This document shows, piece by piece, positions 26,130 to 38,310 of a stretch of DNA of 64,000 nt; within the stretch, counting starts at the first letter, position 1, and every line of letters begins with the position of its first letter. The notes under the pieces were generated by a model. The model saw nothing but the letters and a program-made list of their open reading frames with translations. It had not been told where the DNA came from and searched no databases. The position numbers and the translations under genes were made by a program. Source of the DNA: Kondoa subrosea. Its lineage: Eukaryota. The stretch covers positions 620,001-684,000 of the forward strand of contig BCIN01000003.1 in the NCBI GenBank assembly GCA_039545335.1, given 5' to 3'.

Positions 26130-26363
26130 GGGAGGTCTTTGCAGCTCTTGATGAAGATATCTCACATTTCGGCCCATGCACTGTTGATCCTGCTTGCTTG
26201 CGAGAGAATCTAAAGGATGCTACTCAGAATAGGGCAAGTACGCGTCGTCACGGTGCCCATGTCTTCTGTTGCCTTCTGTTATCTTCTTATCATTGCTTCT
26301 GTTTCGTGATATCTCTATGTCCCTCTTTTAAACAACCATATCTGTCAGCAAATTCCCCGTCGC

Positions 26364-28122
26364 ATGGATATGTCCCTCCCAGCTTCAGCATCTCGCTATG
26401 CAAACCGTTCTAGACTGCAGTTAGCAGCTCTTACTTCTGTTTTTTCGTCTTGGGCTGGTTAGATGTCTCGTCAAGCGCCTTTCATTTCTTCATGTACCTG
26501 TACGTACGACTATATTCTCCCTACAATCGCGCGATTCCTGAATCTGCACGATGTAGAAAGAGCATCCACGCGACGATACCTTGGCTCTCCTTTTGGTCTT
26601 CAGACTTGCTGGTGCTATAGGTGCGTACTAGTATCGTGATCCATATTGGTTGTGCTAAACTATGTCTGATAGTCTGTCTCAGCTCGATCGTACTACTGAC
26701 GCGAAAATTCGGTGCACGTAGTATTTACCGAGTTGGCGCTGCAATACTGGCTCTTGCGCCCTTGCTTTGGATCGTAGAAGCGCCTTTATGCAAGTGATCA
26801 GGCTCTTCCTGTCTTTGATCGTGACTTATCTAACGATCAGTCTTCCTCCTCATCATTTCTGGTATTTCCAGCTCCGCCAGTATGGCTCTAGATGTGAACA
26901 CAAACTATCATATCAGTTCTTTATCGGAGTCTTTGGTCAAATTAGGAGTCCTGTATGGTCTGTACGACTTAGCAGGAATACTTTGTTCCTTTGCTGCCGA
27001 GCCCTTTCTCAAACAAGGCTATTACTGGCGGCACTTTCCCATCGGCTCTACTTTATTTCTCTCCTGTACTAATGCCTTGGTGATTTGGCTTGCTTTCGGA
27101 ATAATTGATCCAAAAGAACATTCACCTTCCACACAACCTCTTGAGGAAGAGCGGGACATTCCAGAAGCGACATCACAAGAAGATCATAGAGGAGTACTCG
27201 ATCGCAATATACTGCCAGAGTCTCCCCTGCAAGCTGTGAAATTGCGAGCGGTTTGGGTGTCAAGGTTAGTTTTCTGCGCTTGTAGAGGGGTACTCAAGCT
27301 GATCACTTGCCTCCAGCTTGCTCGCAATTGCCATAACTGGCTCGGAAACAGCTGCATCGGACTGGTTCTTCCTCTTCTTGATCAGCGAGCGGAATGCAAG
27401 AGCGAATGTAGCATTTGCTCATACTGGCTTTGCAACAGGTTTCTTCAGTGCTATGAACAGATACTAATACTGATCTTCCCAAAAAGGCCTCGCTGCCAGT
27501 CGTCTCATCATTTCACCTATCACTCAGCGCTTCAATGTGAAGCGATTGCTCTTCGCTTACCTTGTCATCGCCTTGGTCTGTATCAATATCATCTGGCATG
27601 TTGATAACGCGATATCGAATGGTGTTGCGTTCGCAGCTATGGGCATCGCAGTGGTATTTTTCTCAGAGTCATTTTAAGTCAAGCTTATAGTGATCACAGG
27701 GTCCTATCTATCCTTCGCTCATTGCGTTGTGTACAAGTGTCACGCCACCTGAGTACCACATTGCGGCTCTTTCGCTTATTGTCAGTCAGAAATTCTCAAC
27801 AAATGCTGAGTTGACATTCAAAGCCAGTCATTTGGGTCAAGAATTGGAGCGACTTTGATATCGATAATCATTGGAATATTGGCGCAGTGGACAGGTAGCT
27901 TGATGGTAAATACCGCTTACTTCTCGCATCCCGTTTAGGTCTGATGGATCTGTCTCAGGTCTTTCCTCAAGTTTTGGTCGCTTTTCTCAGCGGTATGATC
28001 GTACTATGGTGTCAGTGTCATTCTAATCTCAGCCTAACCCTATAGCTGACATTCAAGCAGACTTTATGCCTCAGTCGAAGCGGATCTTGCTTGCTGTAGA
28101 GGGGAATGGAGAGCCGCATTAA
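26364..28122 (+). CDS. MFS transporter, divergent paralog of the 20870 gene
   Basis: VFFVLGWLDVSS, ALDVNTNYHIS, GVLYGLYDLAG, AVKLRAVW, ETAASDW, GPIYPSLIAL; same layout as the upstream MFS. Confidence 0.75.
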
Positions 28123-28374
28123 ATAGCTGAAAGGACACGTAATATAAAGTAATCAGGCTTGTCAAGACATTTTGTGGCTAACATCTGCGCCGTCTGGCTC
28201 TGTTGACCTATATCATGACGCGCTTGTTTTTTTTCTCGAGCATCCATCTCGTGTCAATCTCGCTGGACGGCATTCTCCGACCTCGTGACTTATTCGAAAA
28301 GTCCTGTTAGCTCTGACCAGCCCCTTGGAGCTTCTTTACGAGCCCTTTCCTTCGATTTCATCTATTTAGAAAAC

Positions 28375-29836
28375 ATGAGCGCTCCTCAAGATGTCGATGG
28401 TGAATCCGCACCTCGTCGAAGCTATCCGATGGCGATCAAGGAAGGTGAAGACGTCGACGCTTTCTTGGCAAAGTATCCACCCACGCAAGGAAGAGACAGC
28501 ATTCTCACTGTAAGCTCCGTAATGGAACTTGTATGAGCATCTTATGGATGCTCGAGCTTCCCAGGAGGAAGGCGATAGGATTGTAAGCCGATCTCAGCTC
28601 GTTCGGGCGCTTCCAAGACTGATGTAAAGACCGCAGCAAACACCTTGGATCTGGTGTCGTCGAGACCGTGGAGAAAAAGAACGTGAGCTGCTACATCTCC
28701 TCTCTGTCCTCTTATTCTCTCTCTCGCCTTTCCGACTTAATGTCCTGTGTACTCAATGCGCCTTTGCTGACTAATGCAGTAGAAACGGAGGAACAGTACA
28801 ATCGAATGATCGCTGAAAGCCGTACGATAGAAGAAGAGCTCGCTGAAGAATGTGCTCGTATTGCTTCGGACGATTCTATTCCTGTTCGTGCCTCGAAAGT
28901 AGGTTTTGACAAGCTCGTCGTAGCAACCTCTCAATGTTTGTCATCGCTGTATAGAAGAACCCAAACAACAAAAAGAAGCTTAGAGAAGAACAGCACGCAA
29001 GTACTCATGCTGCATTGAAGAAACTCGCCCAAGAAACCGTGCGCTAGGAATCATTTCTGTACAGATTTGCTTGTATGCTAAGGTCTATATCCATCTGTTT
29101 AGAACACTACCAGTGGCAAATTCCTCTTCTACGCTACGGACGATACAGTCAACGAAAAATGGGGGAAAATTGTGAAGGGAATGCTATTGGAAGATGGAAA
29201 GCTTCGAGGAGTCGAGTCAGTTCTCTTTTTGTTATCAGCTTATCAATGCTGACTGATTATCGTTCAAACAGTGTATTCACTGCCAAAGTCTCGACTACCA
29301 AAGCTGATGATGCCGAGGTAAGTGTTCCATCTGTCTGCATGCTGCACCGGCTCAAAATAAGCAGACTCGCGTCATCTGTGTCTATGTCAAGGACTCCTAT
29401 GATAAAGCTTCTGTGAAAGAAGTCTTTGAAGTGCGGCTTATCTTCAACGAGGTCTCAATGCCAACTGGTAGTTTTATTAGGTCTTGGTCAAGCAGCTTTC
29501 TATGGTGCCAAACTCTTTCAAGGCAGATGTTTACACCTATGCAGGTCTGTATTCCAAGCATAGCTCTCAGATCAAGAGTACCTTGTACAGCAATGATGAT
29601 TTCATGAGCAAGACCGAGATCAAGGTCGTTCTCCTTTTCTCCGCATCAGTTCATTCCGCTCAATGCCTCATTTCTAGGATTTTTTTGATGCTCAGAAAGA
29701 TAATGCTCGAGCTAAAGTAGACAAAAGCGAAGAGAAAGAAGCGAAAAGAGCAGCAGAGACAGGTGGTGGATTTGCATCTGAAACTGAAAGTGAAGAAGAA
29801 GCTAAACCAGCCAAAAAGAAAGCAAAGAAAGATTGA
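28375..29836 (+). CDS. DUF1917 / Bles03 (C11orf68)-like protein, copy 1
   Basis: FLAKYPPT, TSGKFLFY...WGKIVKGM, VFTAKVST, VICVYVKDSYDKASVKEV, FKADVYTYAGLYS; acidic then basic tail KPAKKKAKKD. Confidence 0.85.
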
Positions 29837-29977
29837 TGAAGGCGGTTCTGGACACTGTCAACTGTACTATAGACAAATCTATGCATTGAGATATCTTCGT
29901 CATCCCTAGACGCGACCCTTGTTGACCTTGATCAACGACATACCTGGCTTACGTGATACCCCCTCGCATACGATAGC

Positions 29978-31275
29978 ATGGATGAGACCAAGTATACCCT
30001 AACCTCATACGATAATCTGCAGCGCTTCCTGACTGACTACCCTGTTTCCGGCAAGAAGTTAATCAATGGTCGTTGCCAGCGAATTGTGCGTCTCACTGCA
30101 CCAGCTGATCGGATCCCAGCAACTTATGCCTACTCATCTATCGACAGCAATTGCCTGACTATGTCTGGTGTCGGAGAAGCGTGCCTAATCAAGACTATGG
30201 TCAGTCTGCATCCAACGCATCTCAACTCTTCTGGGCTGAACAAAGTCCTATATCTCAGGCCGTGTGGGTGAAGCAACAGCCAGAGCAAAGGCCGCTGTTA
30301 GCAAACTAGAGAAGGCGCTAGGCAAAGAAGGCTTACGTAAACATGAGCAAGACGGATTGAGAGACAAGACTGCCGCAGCGTTGCAGAAGATTGCCCAAGA
30401 CACTGGAGTGACGTCTGGGAAATGGATGGTCAAAGTAGACAGTGGCTTAATCAATCAAGCTTGGGCTAAAGTATGTAAGGCTATCATGAGTCCAGATGGA
30501 GCTTTCTACAATACCTGGTGAATATTTCCCTGACCTTCTATCAGGAGCGTACTCAGATCGTGAGTTTTATAGCGTATCTACTGCAAAGGTCTGCACTGAG
30601 GCTAGGGATGATGGGGTAAGTCTCCTTTGCCCTTTTAGACTTGCTTGCTGCTAATGAGCGTCAATGGAACAGAAACAGGTCATGTACGTACATGGTCTGC
30701 GATCCTTCATATATGCTAAAGACAATATAGATTGATCTATGTGAATGACTCTTTTGATGAAGATGTTGTCGGAGCAACTTACAAGGTGCGTGTTCTGACA
30801 TCTCGAATGTAGCTGAGAGCTGAATACCTATGTAGACTATGCTGCACAAGCTTGATTTGAATCCTACTTCAGGATTCAAGGCTGATATCTGTTCGTCGAG
30901 CAATTTACCACCAGCGTCTTATCTTAGCTTAAGCCTCAATACAGACACTTTGGCTGGTATCTATGGCTTTGGGAAGCAATCTTTTTATCTCAAGGTTGTC
31001 ATTTGGAGAACCAGCGATTTCAAAAGTTGGTCTGCTTCCAAGGCAAGCGCTGAATGTATTACCTGTAGCTGACTTGCGACTAAAGTCGTCCTTGATACTC
31101 ACAGAGGACTTCACCGAGCAGATCTGCCAAAAAGATGACGCAAAGTACTCTTACCTTTGGTGCCAGTCGAGCTTCGTCGCGCAAGCCTGACAAAAGCGAA
31201 TACGGTGATGGCAACGAAACAGAAGAAGAAGAGGAAGTTCAGAAGAAGCCAGCTAAGCGTCGCAAAATTCATTGA
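29978..31275 (+). CDS. DUF1917 / Bles03-like protein, copy 2
   Basis: FLTDYPVS, GVTSGKWMV...AWAKVCKAI, VSTAKVCT, ILIYVNDSFDEDVV, FKADIYTLAGIY. The last-exon splice is uncertain; tail EEEEEVQKKPAKRRKIH. Confidence 0.8.
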
Positions 31276-31634
31276 AGACGTATGGCGCGCCGTTGTACAA
31301 GTTCAAAACGATTTGCCTTGTGGCGATTCTTCTGTACCTCATACATTTCACTGGCTCGGATTCGTGTTGAAGCTGCGGAGTATGCCTCTCGCTGCCGTAG
31401 CGGAAGGTCTTTCGTTTCTGTCCTCCTTTCATTTGCTCTTCAATATCGCTGCTTTCCAATCCTCTCTTTCAGCATTTGCCGAAATCTTCAGAATCAATGT
31501 CTAAACTCTTCGATTCCAGTGTCTCGCAGAATATAAACGCGCAGTTAACACAATCTGGAACTCCCCTTCTGATCTTTGAAGTCGTTTGTTATGCCTTTTA
31601 TTATATCTGTTCTTGCTTTCACTCAAGCTACGAC

Positions 31635-32502
31635 ATGACATTCAAGATCAGAGAAGGTATAATGAGGGATGTGCCTACGGTCAGTCTTGGTCTGTTGCTA
31701 GCCTGTCCTGCTGATGAAGTGTCTAGATAGCAAAAATCGCAGTCTTAGGCTTCGAGCACAGCCGTGAGTCCTTGGAGCCACTTTATTGACTACACTTTAC
31801 AAGCCCAAAAGCTATGTCTCAATTTGAGCGGCCTTGGCGAAAAGAGTATCCAGAAGATTGGCTTACAAGCTACACTAAAGAATATAGATCAATCGCTGAA
31901 AATGGCACGGACAAAGGCTTTCTATTGGTGCTAGACTTACGAACTTTGGATAAATCGGAAACCGTGGGGTTCATTAGCGGATCATATGCTGGTCGGTACT
32001 CGCTCAATGGCTAGGAAGTCCGCTGACGAACATTGCAGAGTCTGAAGAAGCTAAAGAAGAAGGTACACTGAAGCCAAAGGAAGAAGAGCAGAAGGATAGA
32101 AGCGTCGACTATTATCGACGGGATCTCATCAGTAAAGCTAGTGATCCGATCAAGCGAAAGTGAGTGGCAGGCATGCTATACCATACAGACGACGAGCTAA
32201 CACAGAGTAGATTCTTCCAAGGCGCCATGACAGACAATGGTCTAGCAGTACTACCAAAACACTGGCGCAAGGGTTATGGATCAGCTTTGATCGCTGCCGC
32301 CAAAGCCAGAGCTCTGGAACAAGGCTTTAGATATGGAGCAGGAGCGATGAGCACAAGCGTCAGACTCTTCCAAGCTGCTGGATTTGAGACTTTAACTACT
32401 TCTCATGTCGTTGATAAACGACCTGGCAAAGAAGCGACACTGGGCGAAACTTTCTTGATGTATGATCCGACTGGGAAAGGAGAGAGCGTTGAGCTCAGCT
32501 AG
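31635..32502 (+). CDS. GNAT-family N-acetyltransferase
   Basis: FKIREGIMRDVPTIAKI N-terminus; LAVLPKHWRKGYGSALI acetyl-CoA motif; LFQAAGF. Confidence 0.85.
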
Positions 32503-32734
32503 AGCAAAAGTAGTATATTTGTCAGTTACAATGCAAGTACAATAGGTTACACTATTAGACATCCCGTGTTTGGGTGCGATCAGAAGACTAATCCAGCTCC
32601 AGGTGCTTTCTTCCCTCAGAATTTATCTCGAGAGAAATTATGGTGTAAATATCGACAGTCATAGCCAGCACGACAGCCATAGTGGTTGCGCGAAAGAAAG
32701 ATGGAATTCGAACCTCTCACGAAACAGCCGAGCA

Positions 32735-34467
32735 ATGGTTACAATCAAGTTCAGCCTGCAAGACAGGAAGCGCAGTCGCAGTCGGTCCATCGATACATAT
32801 CAGGGCGACGAGACAGAGGAAGCTTCAGGCAGCAGCGAGGGGAGTGATGTTGATTCGCAGCAGCAAGGCTTTCATGTCGCCGTGCCCTACTCAACAGTGC
32901 AAGGTATGTCTTTCAGCACACCTATCAGGAGCGGCCCTCAGGTTTTGCGGACTGTCACGCAGCTGGCGCCAAACGCGGAAGAGGCAGACCACGCAAGAAA
33001 GCTCGAATAGATGATTTATCGCAAGCGCCTTCTCGTATGGATAGTCCCATTTCAGCGGGTACACCTGGCTCAAGTGGTTATCCTTCTGGCGTGAATTCTC
33101 CTGTGCCAAACTTCCATTCCCCTTATGCTTCTATTTCTGCTCTACCTCCAGCTCATGCTGCGCCCGTCGAGAAGTTTGATCGGCGGACTATGCGCAATGT
33201 AGAGGGCGTTGTCTATCGTATTGAAGGCGATGAATTGGCTTTAGCCGAAAATGAAGCAGGCGAGGACAAGATTGACAAAGATGGGAACCTCCTAGGCGGT
33301 CAGTGTCCAATATCAAATACTGAGTGCTTAATGTTGGATACTTACAATCATGAGTTCTTCAGGCCGAGAGTTCAAATTCTCTACTTTCACTTCCACTTCT
33401 CGAGCCAACAAAGATCGGCAATACTGTCTTTCCATCGATGCAGCTCGAACAGCAGGATACAGAGACTCGCTTTACTTCTTTCGCAAACATCCTCTGATCA
33501 TGAAAGTCAATTGCGTTCAAGGCGAAAAAGAATTATTAATCCAACAAGGCAAATTACATCCTAACCTCCGTTCAAGAGCAGTCACTATGGTCACTGCTCA
33601 CAACCTCTTCAAACTCTTTGGTGCAAAGATTATCAAAAACGGCAAATATGTGATAGACGATTATGATGAAGTCGCCGCTTTAGCTCAAGGTTACATTCGA
33701 GGTGAACCTGCCATCCATGAAGGATACCAAAAAGCGGAAAGCACTACTGCGGGCAAAGGAATTGAAGATGTTTACCAAGCTGAAAAGAAAGGAGGAAGAC
33801 CGGTTGGTGCTTCAATGCCTCGAGATCTGACTACTGGTGAAGTCCTCAAGATTCAATTTGGCGGTGCTGGTGCTGCTCCTTTTACCAGATGGGATCCTCA
33901 AGGTAGACAGATCAAGAGAGGAAAAGAATTGGAAATGGAAACTTGGATGCTTCAATATGCGGAAAGCATTCGTGAATCCAATCAAGCAATCAGAAAGTGG
34001 AGGAGAGGTCATTGGACTGAACTACAGGGTTGGCAAGAGGATCAATACGTGAAAGGTGTTGTGTGAGTTTTCGATCAGACTCACCTAAATTTGAGCTCAG
34101 TCTTCTTGGGATCCTTACAGCGACACTCATACTGCCATACCTCATGTCTTTGCTGCTTCTCAACCTACGTCGTCCATCACTGAACGTATTTCACCTTATC
34201 CGCAAATCGATTCAGTCGAAAATGATTCAGCGGCTGAAGAAGGCTTTTCATCCGTTGAAGTCGTTACTGTCACGAAAGATTGGAACGATGAATATGAAGT
34301 GTATGACGATGAGAAAGCTCGAAGATGGGTCACACCAGGAGCTTGGGTATTTCCGCTGGAAGGAGATTGGGATTCGAATGACAAGTTAGTATTTCTTGTG
34401 TTGTTGTCGTTTGCATGCTGAAGGTTGAATTAGGGAACCACTGGTTGGTTCAAACAAGGACTCATAA
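32735..34467 (+). CDS. RSC/SWI-SNF subunit Rsc7/Npl6/Swp82-like with AT-hook
   Basis: KRGRGRPRKK AT-hook; GEDKIDKDGNLLGGREFK, DAARTAGYRDSLYFF, LRSRAVTMVTAHNLFKLFGAKIIKNG...DDY; YSDTHT.IPHV. Confidence 0.85.
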
Positions 34468-34721
34468 ACAACAAGTATTTCGTTGCATTGTAGCTGGACT
34501 AGAAGCGCAAATGGAAGCTACAGGTTCACCCTATGGTTTGCAATTCGCTGTCGGGTTATGAGGACATCAGAGATGAGCAAGCGGGTGAACTTCCATTGAA
34601 CTCCAGAAGAGTAGAGAAAGGCAAGGCTAAACTTGGCTGATTTGTAATCATGTCCACATGAACGACTTCGAGGCTTCTGCTGTCTCTTCTTGTATACCAC
34701 CATCAATACCTAGTAGTCAAT

Positions 34722-36024
34722 ATGTCTGTACTCTTCATCCTAGCTAGCCACGACAAGCACCCTGTAAGCTGCTCAAAGCGAATGAAATCATATTGCATCC
34801 GCTAAAGAACTGCTCTTACTTCCCTCGCAATAGAACGGAAACCCTAGTACGCCTGTCATAGCTCATTTATGGCGTATCTAACGCCTTTCCGTCCGCTCCT
34901 CAGCTGGCTGGTGTTAGTCTTTGCGTGCACTTCCACGTTCTTTCACTGCTTATAAGTATACTTTCGCAACTTCCCAGACTTGCCTGAGGTAAGCTGGATT
35001 CTATTCACAGGCATGGTATATCGACCTAATACTTTCCCTACATAGGCAGCTCATCCATACTACGAAGTGAAACCTCATTACAAAGTTGCATTCGCTTCCG
35101 TAAGTCTAGCCTAACACGTGTGTGCCATACAATGCCGACCATAATCCGATCAGGTCAAAGGCGGCAAAGCTCCTCTGTAAGCTTATGAACCTTCAGACCC
35201 ATCATATTAGCTCATGTTGATTGAAAGAGATCCAACTTCCGTCGAAGGTTTCAAGGATGATGAAGGCTGTAAGGTGAGTTGATCTTCTTCATCCGATCGA
35301 TCTTCTTGGGCTAATCAGCGGGCGGAATATAGAAATTCCAAGCTGACGAAGAAGCCCAAAAACTAGTATCCAACACTCTCAAGCTTAGCGACATCAAAAC
35401 CGCAGACTATGAAGCGATCTTCTTTGTTGGTGGCCATGGACCCATGCATGAATCAAAGTAAGCTGGTCTCCGATACATTACTTCTGGATCTAGCTCATTG
35501 CGATGTTAGGGAACCTGCTATTCTTGAAAAAGCTGGAGAGATGTACCAAGCTGGTAAACTGGTAGCATCAGTCTGTCATGTGTGTATCTGCATGACATGC
35601 CGAACGCGTGCCTAAAAGTTAGCGAATAGGGTCCTGGAGCTTTGGTCGAAGTCAAAGGCAAAGACGGAAAGTCAATCTTCGCAGGTCGAAATGTGACAGT
35701 ACGTCGTCGAGCAGAAGAAGCAGAGTAAACTCTTAATATACTGATTAACAAGGGCTTTTCCAACGCTGAAGAAGAGCAAGCTGGTTTGACTGATCAAGTT
35801 CCATTCTTGTTGGAAGATGAGCTCAAAACGTCAGTAGTCCTTCTTACACTTCCGCTCAGAAGACTGTACTGATGTAAAGCTACAGTCGAGGCGGCAAATA
35901 CACTAAAGCTTCGGAAGCATGGGGTGAATGTGTTCAGTTAGACGGAAATGTCTTGACTGGTCAAAACCCGGCATCCGCCTCTGGAGTTGGCAAGAAGATC
36001 GTCGAGTATCTGAGCAAGAACTAG
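34722..36024 (+). CDS. DJ-1/PfpI (Hsp31-like) glyoxalase/deglycase
   Basis: Spliced MSVLFILASHDKHP/NGNP/TGW/YLPE/AAHPYY...GGKAPLDPTS...FFVGGHGP...SVCHGPGAL...GFSNAEE...VPFLLED...TGQNPASA. Confidence 0.92.
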
Positions 36025-36306
36025 GTGGGTCGCCATTCTTGCTACATATGCTTAAGCTGACTAAGTTCTCTAGGCCGATGTCGAGACAAATATTGCAAGC
36101 CGGGAGTTGAAGAGGAGGATGCAAAGCAGTCGTTACATCTTAGATTGCCAATGACATTACTCCGATACCGAGCATTTTGAGGCAGTTCTTTGGCATCGCC
36201 CCTTTTGAGACATTACGCGTGTTAATTCTTTGTTGATTCAGTACCATCATATCACTTTCAAAGGCGAAAGCTCAGAATGGGCATACTAGAGAAGATAAGC
36301 GACAAA

Positions 36307-37741
36307 ATGCCTGGTAAGTTATAATGTGCGCAGAGCAAAAGAATCTGCGCATTGACATTTCGACTTGGTCAGCTTTCGGGCGGTCGGACAGTCATAGGAG
36401 TTTATCAGCAGAGGAGAGAGGGATAGTAGGAGGACATGCTCAACCTATCAAGCGAAGCTATATCTCAGATGTGGGTTCAGCAAGAAGGAAAGGTCAAGCG
36501 CTGGAAGCTCAGGTACTTTGAATTGGACAGGACGATGATTGGAGAGTAGTACTCATCACTAAAGGACTGCAACTCTTCTTCCTTCTTATCTCTCTCTTCA
36601 TCGCTATTGGTATAGCGTCGGTATGCTTGCGGCTCAGACTCATTCTGACGACTTCTGATACTTTAGCTGACAGTTTCAAGGGAAGAACTTTGGCGTTTCT
36701 GGACTCTCAGCGCTCAATCTTCTTATTCTCCTACAATCACTCATCATCACGGGCGCGATATTACTCATAACGTTCTTGAACGACCGGTATGGCAAGCTAA
36801 AGGCGATGGCTGGAGCTACAAGGCAGATGTGAGTTGATCTTCAAATCAGTACGAATACTTTGCTGAGAATATGCTTCTCAGCCGCTTCGGCTTTGTAATC
36901 TCAATCGCTCAAGTTACTTTACTGCTCATTATCGCTTTTGTCAACGCAATATCGGCGAATACAAAGGGTTGCAGTACGTTCAGAGATACTCACTCTGAGA
37001 GAATTAGCGTAACATTCCCGCAGAGGATCCAGAGAAGGACAAGCATGCAAGCAACGGAGATTAGTAAGCAGCATACATGGTCCCAGTTTGCTCAGACTTA
37101 TGGATGATGATGAGCAGCAAAAATCAATTAGGAGGATTCTGTACAACGAAAAAAGCTCTGAGCGCTTTCCTCTGGTTCTCAACCTGTACGTTCACTGCAT
37201 TTTCTGCCAAAGCCGCTAAATGTCAAGTATAGTCGCTTGGGCTGCATCTCTGGTTCTCGCTTTCCTCAAATGGCGATCATTCAGAACAGGAGGAGGCTCA
37301 CGTATTCCTCCTTTCCAACCGCCCCACGAGCAAGGTGCTTCAGAGTATGAGAACGGCGCCTTCAATGCAAACGAAGACGACGATGATCCACATTCTGGTT
37401 ATGCTGCGCCTACAATGTATCAGAACGATAATGCCAGACCCTCGGGAACTTTCTATTCTGGAGAAAGACCGTTTGAAGATCCTTTGCCTTCTGGCTATAG
37501 TACGTTCTCTTATATATTGATGCTCTAGTCCTTACGAAATAATGATTTTTAAATAGATGTAGGTCAGCAGCGTCAGAATAACCCTTTTCAAGATCCTTCG
37601 CCAGGATATGACGATCCATGTTAGCTATTCTCTGTTGTTTTCTTCATTCGCATACTGATTCGACTCGACCCAGATGATCGAATAAGGGCTGAGATCAATG
37701 CAAGGGATGAGAGGGACGAAGCGCAGTATGCGAGAAGGTGA
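36307..37741 (+). CDS. Four-TM membrane protein (MARVEL-like) with Pro/Tyr/DPF-rich cytosolic tail
   Basis: Four hydrophobic segments across exons, a Cys pair in a loop and NPFQDP/PFEDP motifs in the tail. The family call is tentative. Confidence 0.6.
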
Positions 37742-38310
37742 CGATGACGCTATATTGAAACAGGCGCAAGATGGACTTTGGAAATATGTACGCGATTGAC
37801 CCCAACATTTTAGATATCATGCAATGTAATAGCTTGTTGTACAAGCTCAAGAGTCACCAGAGTACTTTCTTCTTCCTCTCGCATTTAGTCGATTTCAGAT
37901 TTGGCAAGACTCTTCTTCGATGCAGCGTCTCAGCTTCAAGGTAATTCTTAGTGTTCAGATCTACTGCGTTGCTCAACTGGCTCATAAGCTTCCCTCTTCT
38001 CGTCTCTTCCTTCAATGGCCTTGTTCTTGCTTTCCAGATTGTATTGTCCGAGATTTGACTTTGCAGCGTGACCTTTCCAGGACACTGCTGCTACAGAAGA
38101 AGGCATACCTCGTGCTCTTGCAGTGACCTTTAAGCAAGCAGCTGACGAAAAGACCCTGCAATTTGGCGGTGCGATCCGTATCGCTTCAAAGCACAGCCAA
38201 TGGGTATTCATTAACTTCGTGTTCTATTTCTTGCCCTTCTGCTCTCTGAACCGCGATAAAGACTCTCGCTTGAAAGCTCAAGGTTTCCGTCTGCGTTGAA
38301 GATCTGAAAG

